Below are positions 15,105 through 23,362 of a DNA stretch of 38,542 bases, one piece after another. The stretch comes from a virus (lineage: Duplodnaviria > Heunggongvirae > Uroviricota > Caudoviricetes). How positions within the stretch are numbered: the first letter of the stretch is position 1; each line of letters starts with the position of its first letter. The notes under the pieces are model-generated. The model worked only from the letters and a program-made list of their open reading frames with translations. It was not told the DNA's origin and did not search any database. Where the stretch lies: IMG/VR virus record IMGVR_UViG_2531839531_000011. One strand, written 5' to 3'. The translations under genes and the position numbers were made by a program.

Positions 15105-15941
15105 ATGGCTAATGAAAAAAAGACATCCCGCAAAAAGTTTCGCGTGGCTGTCTCCGGTGTGACGGCAGACGGGCGCGAAATAAACGGCGACATGCTGAAA
15201 GCTGCCGCCACCAGTTATAACCCGTCCGTTTATGGTGCACGTGTGAATATTGAGCACATCCTGTCACCACTCCCCGGTAGCGAGTTTTCCGCTATGGGCG
15301 ATGTTGTGGGGTTGAGCACCGAAGACATAACCGATGGCCCGCTGGCAGGCCGCACGGCACTGTATGCCGAAATTGAGCCGACCGCTCGCATGATGTCCCT
15401 GCTTAACGATGGTAAAAAAATTTACTCCAGTATTGAGCTGGAACCACAGTCAACCATCACGGGAGGCCCTTACCTGCGCGGGCTGGCAATGACCGACACC
15501 CCCGCCAGCCTGGGCACGGAACGTCTGGCCTTTGCGGCACAACAACGTATGCAACTGATGACATTCAACTGTCAGCAGGGAGAGGTGGCGATGTTCACCG
15601 CCGCTATGGAGTCGGAACTCATCGAACTCACCGAACAACGTCAGGAAGAAGGCACCCAGTGGTTTAACCGCGTAATGGGAATTATTGGCCGTGGCCGCAA
15701 AGCGGATGACGCCAGTTTCTCCCGTATTCAGGAAGCGGTGGAAGGTGTCGCAACGTCACAGGCCGACATTATCGACCGTTTTAATGCACTGGAAACCCGC
15801 CATCAGCAGGACAGCCAGAAAATCACTTCGCTGACCACAGAGCTGACAACACTGAAGGAAAAGCTGCGCACGCAGGACGGCGATCCGCAGAACCGGTTCA
15901 CCGCAACGGGCGCAGCCTCCGACCAGCTGGCTGACTTCTGA
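15105..15941 (+). CDS. O: Capsid scaffolding protein (P2 gpO-like)
   Basis: Start chosen at MANEKKTSRKKFRVAVSGVTADGREI, which matches the recalled gpO N-terminus pattern. Confidence 0.8.
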   Translation: MANEKKTSRKKFRVAVSGVTADGREINGDMLKAAATSYNPSVYGARVNIEHILSPLPGSEFSAMGDVVGLSTEDITDGPLAGRTALYAEIEPTARMMSLLNDGKKIYSSIELEPQSTITGGPYLRGLAMTDTPASLGTERLAFAAQQRMQLMTFNCQQGEVAMFTAAMESELIELTEQRQEEGTQWFNRVMGIIGRGRKADDASFSRIQEAVEGVATSQADIIDRFNALETRHQQDSQKITSLTTELTTLKEKLRTQDGDPQNRFTATGAASDQLADF

Positions 15942-15964
15942 TAAGACAAAGGAGCAAATTTTTT

Positions 15965-17017
15965 ATGAATCTGGTGATGTCAGATAATGCCCGTAACAAG
16001 CTGGGCTGCTACATGACGCGACAGGCGTCGATTAACAATATCCCGGTTTCTGGACTGGTATCGCGATTTACCGTGGAACCCGCGGTGCAGCAGCGTTTTG
16101 AAAACGCCTCAAAGGATAGCACCGAACTTACAAAAAAAATTAACGTGATCGGTGTGACCGACCAGAAAGGCGAAAAAGTCCTCATGGACACCACCGGGCC
16201 GATTGCGCGCACAAATACCAGTTATGACGGCACAGATCGCCGCAACCCGATTAACGCTGTCGACCTGAAGTCCCGTCAGTACCAGTGTGAGCAGGTGAAC
16301 TACGACACGTTTATTTCGTATCCGCAGCTTGATGCCTGGGCGGCGCACAATGACTTCCAGACCCGCATCAGCGCACAGATTGCCCGACAGGTGGCGCTTG
16401 ACCGCATCATGATCGGCTTTAACGGCACGTCACACGCGGAAAAATCCAACTTCAGCACCAACAAGCTGCTTCAGGACGTTAACGTGGGGTGGCTGGAGCA
16501 CATCAGAACCAATGCCAGCGCGCGCGTAATGAATGACGTGACGCTGACCTCCCGCAACATGGACAACACCGTGGCGCACGCGGGTAAGTATGCGAACGCT
16601 GATGCACTGGTACAGGACGCACGCTCATCCCTGCTGGATGAATGGCACAAGGAAGCTGACGACCTCGTGGTGATTATGGGGCGCAACCTGTTTAACTCGC
16701 TGCGTCTGCCCGTGCTGAACAGCATCAGCGGCCAGAATCCCAATGCGGAATTACTTGCCGGGCAGCTCATCCTGTCATCGCGCACCATTGGCGGGCTGGG
16801 CGTGTTCCTTGCGCCGTTCTTCCCGGATGCAACGATGCTGATCACCTCGTTCAACAACCTGTCGATTTACTGGCAGAAAGGTTCAATGCGTCGTCTGATG
16901 AAAGACGAACCGGAATACAACCGCATCGCCACCTACCAGTCCATCAATGACGCTTATGTCGTTGAAGACTATGGCAAGTGCGCGATGGTCACTGGCCTGA
17001 AGTTCGCCGACAGCTAA
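15965..17017 (+). CDS. N: Major capsid protein (P2 gpN-like)
   Basis: 350 aa; FTVEPAVQQ block; gene order O-N-M-L. Confidence 0.85.
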   Translation: MNLVMSDNARNKLGCYMTRQASINNIPVSGLVSRFTVEPAVQQRFENASKDSTELTKKINVIGVTDQKGEKVLMDTTGPIARTNTSYDGTDRRNPINAVDLKSRQYQCEQVNYDTFISYPQLDAWAAHNDFQTRISAQIARQVALDRIMIGFNGTSHAEKSNFSTNKLLQDVNVGWLEHIRTNASARVMNDVTLTSRNMDNTVAHAGKYANADALVQDARSSLLDEWHKEADDLVVIMGRNLFNSLRLPVLNSISGQNPNAELLAGQLILSSRTIGGLGVFLAPFFPDATMLITSFNNLSIYWQKGSMRRLMKDEPEYNRIATYQSINDAYVVEDYGKCAMVTGLKFADS

Positions 17018-17062
17018 TCAACTCACGGCGGGCATCATGCCCGCCTGTAACGGAGAGAAAAA

Positions 17063-17863
17063 ATGATTACTCCTGCACAACAACACTGGCAGAACGTGAT
17101 GGCACAGCGCGCAGGCCGGGCGAATGAAGGCGTGGACCACGCCGCGCGTACCGCGCATGAAGAGGTGCTGTATCGTCTGCGTCTGGCACAGGCCCGGCTT
17201 AAGGGCGTACAGGCCAGAAGCGCGAAAGCCGCCATCAAAAAAGAGTTGTTGCCGGATTTTTCCGGCTGGATTGAGGGAACGCTGGAGGCTGACGGCGGGC
17301 AGCAGGATGAAGTGATTGCCACGCTGATGGTGTGGGCGATTGACTGCGGCGATCTTCCGCTGGCGTTGCGTATTGGTGCGTATGTGGTCCGTCATAACCT
17401 CATTATGCCGGATAACTTTGGCCGTACTGCTGCCACAGTGCTGACCGAAGAAATCTGCAACCCGGTACTGACGCAGGCCGGGACGGATGCCGACGCGGAT
17501 TTGTCCGCCTTTATCGAACCTCTGGATACCCTCCGGGAGATTGTCACCGACCAGGACATGCCGGACGAAGTGCGCGCCAAATTATGCAAGGCGTGCGCCT
17601 TTGCCCGCCGTGGCCTGAGTGATGCGGACAGCATGGCCCTGTCACTGAAGCTGCTGCGCGAAGCAATGCACCTGAACCCGAATGCAGGTGTGAAACGCGA
17701 GATTGCAACCCTTTCCCGCGCCCTGAAAAAAGCCGATTCCGCAGCCGAACCAGAAGACGCCAGCGCACAGCAGGCGCAGGACGAAAGCAGCAAAAGTAAA
17801 AAGACAACGCGGAAGCCTGCAACACGAAAAACCACCGCGACGCAGAAGGCGAAGCGCGGTTAA
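17063..17863 (+). CDS. M: Terminase endonuclease (small) subunit (P2 gpM-like)
   Basis: 266 aa; position after N; basic C-terminus. Confidence 0.8.
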   Translation: MITPAQQHWQNVMAQRAGRANEGVDHAARTAHEEVLYRLRLAQARLKGVQARSAKAAIKKELLPDFSGWIEGTLEADGGQQDEVIATLMVWAIDCGDLPLALRIGAYVVRHNLIMPDNFGRTAATVLTEEICNPVLTQAGTDADADLSAFIEPLDTLREIVTDQDMPDEVRAKLCKACAFARRGLSDADSMALSLKLLREAMHLNPNAGVKREIATLSRALKKADSAAEPEDASAQQAQDESSKSKKTTRKPATRKTTATQKAKRG

Positions 17864-17965
17864 CGACTGACCCCGTCAGCGGGCGGCGTGCGCGGTGTTC
17901 CGGTTTGACTCCGTGACCGTTTACACCGCGCACCCACCGCCCGATTTTTTTCAGGAGTGAACCCC

Positions 17966-18460
17966 ATGAGTATGGTTGCCAGAACCAACCCCGGCCCCGC
18001 AGAGGACGACATCACCGATACCGATGATGGTGATACCCGTATTTCAGCGGGTGCATTCTGGCCGGATATTGTGCTGCGTGAGCTGCGTCTGGCGGTACGA
18101 CTGCCGGGCCGTGTGACCACCTCCCGTCTGCTGCATACCGCCACCGGGGCTGTGGCACACGTTACCCGCGAGCTGGAAGCATGGCAGCAGGAACAGCAGG
18201 CGGCTGGCCATCAGACGCTGGCCGATGTTCCGGCACCCGTAATTAACGGAGAAAGCGTCAATCTCTGGCACTGGCGCAATGCGGTTTACACCGCCACACG
18301 CGCCCTGATTCTGGAGCGTTACCGCGATGCGGACACAACGGACAAGGGCGACCGCCGGGCGGACGCACTGGATATACAGACATCGGATTTGTGGCGTGAT
18401 GTGAGCTGGGCCATCTCTGACATTCTGTGCCGCCCGCGAATCTTTGCGGAGTTGTGCTGA
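17966..18460 (+). CDS. L: Head completion/stabilisation protein (P2 gpL-like)
   Basis: Position; AGGAG RBS before ATG at 17966. Confidence 0.7.
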   Translation: MSMVARTNPGPAEDDITDTDDGDTRISAGAFWPDIVLRELRLAVRLPGRVTTSRLLHTATGAVAHVTRELEAWQQEQQAAGHQTLADVPAPVINGESVNLWHWRNAVYTATRALILERYRDADTTDKGDRRADALDIQTSDLWRDVSWAISDILCRPRIFAELC

Positions 18461-18660
18461 TGAAAGTAAAGGCACTGGAAGGCGACACCGTGGATTCGCT
18501 CTGTTTCCGGTACTACGGCACGACGCAGGGCGTCACCGAAAAGGTGCTGGATGCCAACCCCGGACTCTGTCAGCAGGTATTTCTGGACGCCGGGCAGGAA
18601 GTGGAGATGCCGGAGCCGGAGAAGAAGAAACGAGAAATGATTCAGTTGTGGGGGGAGTAG
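18460..18660 (+). CDS. X: Tail protein X (P2 gpX-like)
   Basis: 66 aa; MKVKALEGDTVDSLCFRYYG; ATGA overlap with L. Confidence 0.75.
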   Translation: MKVKALEGDTVDSLCFRYYGTTQGVTEKVLDANPGLCQQVFLDAGQEVEMPEPEKKKREMIQLWGE

Positions 18661-18662
18661 CA

Positions 18663-18986
18663 GTGAGCACCATTCAAACAGGGATCACAGAGCAGGTTAT
18701 TGCGTGGCTCTTTGACCACCTGCCAACGGTGTATGCAGCAGGCGCGGCGGTCAGCATTTCCGCGCTGATGAGTCTTTATGACGGACGAACACTGGTTCAG
18801 ACCGTAACGGGATCGCTGGCGTGCGGCGTTCTTGCCATGGCCGTGGCCGGGTCGTTGCGCTTCTTCGGGTTTCCTGAAGATGCCGTGACGTTTATCGGCG
18901 CATCAATCGGTTTTATGGGCGCAGAGAAAGCACGCGACAAGGTTATTGCGGCCTTTAATCGCAGGGTGAAGGAGAAGGACGAATGA
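18663..18986 (+). CDS. Holin candidate (GTG start), three hydrophobic segments
   Basis: GGGGGAG RBS; hydrophobic helices; position before endolysin. Confidence 0.55.
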   Translation: MSTIQTGITEQVIAWLFDHLPTVYAAGAAVSISALMSLYDGRTLVQTVTGSLACGVLAMAVAGSLRFFGFPEDAVTFIGASIGFMGAEKARDKVIAAFNRRVKEKDE

Positions 18987-19375
18987 GCAACACATTTAAA
19001 TTCAGCAGCCGGAGCGAAAAGAATTTGCAGGGCGTAAATCCTGAGCTGGTGAAAGTGACCCGACGGGCACTGGAAATTTCGGAAGTGGATTTTGGTATCA
19101 CCGAAGGGTTGCGCAGCCGTTACCGCCAGAAGCAACTTGTGGCCACGGGTAAGAGCCAGACCATGAACAGCCGCCACCTTACGGGGCATGCCGTGGATGT
19201 TGTGGCTTATATCGGCAGCCAGGTGTCATGGGAATGGCCGCTGTACGAAAAAATCGCAGCAGCATTCAGACAGGCCAGCCGGGAACTGAATATTCCGGTG
19301 GAATGGGGCGGCGACTGGAAGCCCCTGAAAGACGGACCGCATTTTCAGTTACCGCACGGAGTTTATCCGGCATGA
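18983..19375 (+). CDS. Endolysin, peptidase M15-type peptidoglycan endopeptidase
   Basis: 130 aa; SRHLTGHAVD zinc-ligand motif; lysis-cassette position. Confidence 0.7.
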   Translation: MSNTFKFSSRSEKNLQGVNPELVKVTRRALEISEVDFGITEGLRSRYRQKQLVATGKSQTMNSRHLTGHAVDVVAYIGSQVSWEWPLYEKIAAAFRQASRELNIPVEWGGDWKPLKDGPHFQLPHGVYPA

Positions 19376-19779
19376 AGCTCTGGCCCACGCTGGGTGTCGC
19401 TTTTCTTCTGATTGCCGCCTGGGGAGTATCCATGCGTCTGTCGTGGTCACTGGGCCGGGAGAACGCCAGAAACGAAGCGCAGGCCAGCACCCTGAAAAGT
19501 ACCGTCGACACCCTGAATATCATCAGCGCCAGGGTACAGGATATGCAGCAGGTGCTGGCACAACTCCGCGCGGAAAATCAGCAACGCAATCAGGACGGAG
19601 AGGCCAGACGTGAACAGCTACGCAACGATATTGCAAAAGATGAATGCGCCCACGCTTTGCCTGACGCTCGTTTTACTGACAGGTTGCACAGGCACGCAGA
19701 ACGCGCCACGGCCAGCGCCGTCAGTCCGGCTTATACCGCAGACGCTGACCATACCGGTAACGCCTCCCCCCTTCCCTGA
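19372..19779 (+). CDS. i-spanin (Rz/LysB-like)
   Basis: N-terminal membrane anchor, coiled-coil-rich periplasmic region; ATGA overlap with endolysin. Confidence 0.6.
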   Translation: MKLWPTLGVAFLLIAAWGVSMRLSWSLGRENARNEAQASTLKSTVDTLNIISARVQDMQQVLAQLRAENQQRNQDGEARREQLRNDIAKDECAHALPDARFTDRLHRHAERATASAVSPAYTADADHTGNASPLP

Positions 19780-19930
19780 TACTCCCACATGGGGAAATCT
19801 CGGTATATGGGGCGACCGCCTTCTGGATGCACTGGAAACCTGTAACGCGGATAAACGGGCCATTGAATTACTGGAACAGCGCAGGCTGCAACGGCTGAAC
19901 AACGAGGACAACAACCATGCTGAAAACTGA
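19640..19930 (+). CDS. o-spanin (Rz1/LysC-like lipoprotein) starting inside the i-spanin gene in another frame
   Basis: Lipobox LLTGC after 12-aa hydrophobic signal; proline-rich mature region. Confidence 0.55.
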   Translation: MNAPTLCLTLVLLTGCTGTQNAPRPAPSVRLIPQTLTIPVTPPPFPDTPTWGNLGIWGDRLLDALETCNADKRAIELLEQRRLQRLNNEDNNHAEN

Positions 19931-20384
19931 TTCCCTGCGTGAAGCCATGACCCGTTCATGCCGATGGTGTCAGGCTAACCCGGAAAAATTCACCATTTTC
20001 GTGGAGAGCGGCAACATTGAAACGACCGGAGAAACGCCCTCGTTTGTTTACCGCTATCAGATGGTGATGTTTGTCATGGATTACGCCGGGGAGCTGGACG
20101 ACCTCACGCTGCCGCTACTGGCGTGGTTATCCGAAAATCAGCCACAGTTGTTGCTCAACCCTGAGCGTAATCAGGACATCAAATTCTCCGCCGTTATCAA
20201 TGACGATGACAGCGCCGATCTCCTGTTTACGCTCCCCCTGCGGGAACGCGTTCGCATCACGCGCAGCAGTCAGGGCACAGCGCAGGCAGAACACCTGCCG
20301 GAGCCAAAACCCCGCCTGCCCTCTTCCGAAGGCGACTGGTCGCATGTATTCCAGGATGTGACGTGGGGTGAAAGCGATGGATAA
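19917..20384 (+). CDS. R: Tail completion protein (P2 gpR-like)
   Basis: 155 aa; gene order lysis-R-S-V. Confidence 0.7.
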   Translation: MLKTDSLREAMTRSCRWCQANPEKFTIFVESGNIETTGETPSFVYRYQMVMFVMDYAGELDDLTLPLLAWLSENQPQLLLNPERNQDIKFSAVINDDDSADLLFTLPLRERVRITRSSQGTAQAEHLPEPKPRLPSSEGDWSHVFQDVTWGESDG

Positions 20385-21012
20385 GGCATTCACCCGCGTG
20401 GATGAAACCTTTGAGGCCATCCGCGACAGCCTGAATCAGCAGGCCATCAATAACATCGCCAGAAAGCTGGCACAGGATTTACGTCGCGCCCAGCAGGCAC
20501 GTATCCGGTCACAGAAAGCGCCGGACGGGACCGCGTGGACACCACGCAGACGCCGCGTAACCCGGATACAGGAACGCATTCGCTTTCTCTGGAATAACGA
20601 AGCACGCACGCTGAAAAACTGGCATCACGACACGGGGAAATACGGGCGAACCATTACCGGGTGGGATGAGGATAAAAACAATATCCGCACGTTTTACCGG
20701 GATGACATCGACCGTTTTCTGGAAATACGCACCCGGCGCATCAACCAGGACAGCACCAGGCGCGTCCCCATGTTCGTAAAACTGCGCACCGCCCGCTACC
20801 TGAAAGCCCGTGCAGATGCTTCCGGTGTGACGGTGGGTTACAGCGGCGTGGCCGCACGTATTGCACGCGTTCATCAGTTCGGTGAGCGTGATCAGGTTGC
20901 GCCAGGCATTTTCACCGATTACCCGGTACGTGAGCTGCTGGGTATCAGCCAGGCAGATGAGCGCCTGATTTATAACACGGTGCTGGGCCGGATTGCGGAG
21001 GCTGTACGGTGA
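20368..21012 (+). CDS. S: Tail completion/virion morphogenesis protein (P2 gpS-like)
   Basis: 214 aa; position between R and V. Confidence 0.7.
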   Translation: MKAMDKAFTRVDETFEAIRDSLNQQAINNIARKLAQDLRRAQQARIRSQKAPDGTAWTPRRRRVTRIQERIRFLWNNEARTLKNWHHDTGKYGRTITGWDEDKNNIRTFYRDDIDRFLEIRTRRINQDSTRRVPMFVKLRTARYLKARADASGVTVGYSGVAARIARVHQFGERDQVAPGIFTDYPVRELLGISQADERLIYNTVLGRIAEAVR

Positions 21013-21590
21013 GCGCAGAACTCATGCGACTGCTGAGCAATGTCATCCGCACCGGGATAATCTCTGAAGTTGATGAGAAGTCCTGGTGCGTGCGCGTTCG
21101 CAGCGGCGAACTGGAAACAGGCTGGTTACGCTGGAACACCACGCGCGCGGGAGCCTTCAATGTGTGGCTGCCGCCATCACCCGGCGAACAGGTGGTAATT
21201 GCCTGCATTGGCGGCAACCCGGAAACCGCCATGATAATTGGCAGCCTGTGGAGTGATACCAATCCGGCCCCCGGCAAAAGCCTGAAAGAAATCGTGGTCA
21301 GCGCGCCGGATGGCGCGGTGTTCCGCTACGACGCGGACGCTGGCGCACTGAGCGCCAGCGGCATGAAAACAGCCAGCCTGCAGGCATCCGTCAGCGTGAC
21401 ACTGGACACGCCCGTCGTGGAATGCACAAACCTTCTGAGAACGGCGACGCTTGACGTCACAAAAGGGGGAAAGATGAGCGGCAATATCACGCACAGCGGC
21501 GGCAATTTCACCTCAAACGGCATCACAGTGCATACGCATAAGCACGGTGGCGTTAAAGGTGGCAGCGATTCGACAGGAGGCCCGCAGTGA
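21009..21590 (+). CDS. V: Baseplate spike/assembly protein (P2 gpV-like)
   Basis: 193 aa; Gly-rich C-terminus (HTHKHGGVKGGSDSTGG). Confidence 0.85.
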   Translation: MSAELMRLLSNVIRTGIISEVDEKSWCVRVRSGELETGWLRWNTTRAGAFNVWLPPSPGEQVVIACIGGNPETAMIIGSLWSDTNPAPGKSLKEIVVSAPDGAVFRYDADAGALSASGMKTASLQASVSVTLDTPVVECTNLLRTATLDVTKGGKMSGNITHSGGNFTSNGITVHTHKHGGVKGGSDSTGGPQ

Positions 21591-21937
21591 CAACCCGCTA
21601 CACAGGAATGAACCCGGACGGGACGGGAAACCTGAACGATATGGAGCACCTGAAACAGTCAGTCAGGGACATCCTGACCACCCCGCTGGCAAGCCGGGTT
21701 ATGCGACGGGAATATGGCAGCCTTTTGCCTGATTTGATTGACGAACCCATGAATAACACCACGCGTCTGCAATGCATGAGTGCTGCCGTGATTGCACTGA
21801 CACGATGGGAACCCCGCATTGCCCTGGACGCCATCGACGTTGTCTGGAAGGCAGGAGGCCGCGCCGGGGTGACGCTGTCGGGCACTGTCATGCAGACCAT
21901 GCAGAATGTTGAATTAACCATCACGCTGAGGGAGTAA
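21587..21937 (+). CDS. W: Baseplate protein (P2 gpW-like)
   Basis: 116 aa; position and size. Confidence 0.8.
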   Translation: MTTRYTGMNPDGTGNLNDMEHLKQSVRDILTTPLASRVMRREYGSLLPDLIDEPMNNTTRLQCMSAAVIALTRWEPRIALDAIDVVWKAGGRAGVTLSGTVMQTMQNVELTITLRE

Positions 21938-21940
21938 ATC

Positions 21941-22837
21941 ATGCCCGCCGTTGACCTTTCCCAGTTACCGGAACCCGCCCTCATCGCGGAGCCTGACTTT
22001 GAAGCAATTCTGGCTGACACAAAAGCCATGATGATTGCGTCCTATCCCGCCGAACAGCGTGAAGCCGTTTCCGCCGCGCTGGAGCTGGAATCGGAACCCC
22101 TTAACGTTATCGCCCAGACAACAGCGTTTCGTGAAATGCTGTTACGCCAGCGGGTTAACGAGGGCGCACGCGCCTGCATGTTAAGCCACAGCGCCGGGAC
22201 AGACCTGGACAACCTCGCGGGCAATATGAACACAAAGCGCCTGGTTATCACTCCGGCAACGGATACCACCGACGCGGTGATGGAGAGCGACACCTCGCTT
22301 AGACTGCGGGCGCAGCGGGCGTACGACGGCCTGAGTGTTGCTGGCCCGTCAGGTGCATACGAGTATTTTGCCCGCAGCGCCAGCGGTCTGGTGCGTGATG
22401 CGCGGGCTATCAGTCCGTCTCCGGCCAATGTGACGGTTTCCATCCTGTCCACTGAAGGCGACGGCACAGCAACGGAGGCGTTGCTTAATACCGTTCGCGC
22501 CGTTCTGAATGCAGAGGATACCCGCCCGGTGGCCGACCGCCTGACGGTACAGAGCGCCAGAATCGTGACATGGCGGCTGAATGCAAAACTGTACTTTTAC
22601 CCCGGCCCGGAATCCGAACCTATTCTGGCCGCAGCTGAATCGTCGTTCAGGAAGTGGCTGGCTGAGCAGGGGCTTATCGGTCAGGACGTGGCGCTGTCAG
22701 CCATTGCTGCCGCACTGCATGTGCACGGTGTGCAACGCGTGGAGATAATCGAACCCACACAGAATATGGCCATCAGCGACATACAGGCGGCGCGCTGTGA
22801 GTCATTCACCATCAGCGAAGGTGGGCGCAATGAGTAA
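21941..22837 (+). CDS. J: Baseplate assembly protein (P2 gpJ-like)
   Basis: 298 aa; position and size. Confidence 0.8.
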   Translation: MPAVDLSQLPEPALIAEPDFEAILADTKAMMIASYPAEQREAVSAALELESEPLNVIAQTTAFREMLLRQRVNEGARACMLSHSAGTDLDNLAGNMNTKRLVITPATDTTDAVMESDTSLRLRAQRAYDGLSVAGPSGAYEYFARSASGLVRDARAISPSPANVTVSILSTEGDGTATEALLNTVRAVLNAEDTRPVADRLTVQSARIVTWRLNAKLYFYPGPESEPILAAAESSFRKWLAEQGLIGQDVALSAIAAALHVHGVQRVEIIEPTQNMAISDIQAARCESFTISEGGRNE

Positions 22838-23360
22838 TTCACTGTTACCGCCATCAGCCAGCAGTTTCATGCGTTGCGCCGAAGCTGTCGGAGCGCGCAT
22901 TACAGACATCCCGGTAGACCTCAACACGCTGTGGTCACCGGACACCTGCCCGGTGCATCTGCTGCCTTATCTCGCCTGGGCATTTTCCGTTGACCGCTGG
23001 GATCGCAACTGGCCGGAAGAGACAAAGCGACAGGTGATTCGTGATGCATGGCTGATACACCGACACAAAGGGACCATCAGCGCACTGCGCCGGGCCATTG
23101 AGCCGCTGGGATACCTCATTCGCGTGTCTGAGTGGTGGGAGTTCGGCGGAGAACCGGGAACATTTACCGTTGAAGTCGGCACGCTGGACAGTGGCGTGAC
23201 GGAGGAAATGTATCTGGAAATGGAGCGGTTGATTGCTGATGCCCGCCCGGCCAGCCGCCACATGACAGGGCTGAATATCATTCAGGAGATCCCGGGGGAT
23301 ATTTTCGCGGCGGCAGCAACTTACGACGGTGAAGTCATTACCATTTATCCGGACGATTAA
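22830..23360 (+). CDS. I: Baseplate/tail protein (P2 gpI-like)
   Basis: 176 aa from ATG at 22830 overlapping J stop. Confidence 0.75.
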   Translation: MSNSLLPPSASSFMRCAEAVGARITDIPVDLNTLWSPDTCPVHLLPYLAWAFSVDRWDRNWPEETKRQVIRDAWLIHRHKGTISALRRAIEPLGYLIRVSEWWEFGGEPGTFTVEVGTLDSGVTEEMYLEMERLIADARPASRHMTGLNIIQEIPGDIFAAAATYDGEVITIYPDD

Positions 23361-23362
23361 GC

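Noticed and set aside
17035-18144. ORFs antisense to the small terminase and head completion genes
   Set aside because: Cys/Arg/Ser-rich antisense frames; the sense-strand genes are well supported by order and coupling
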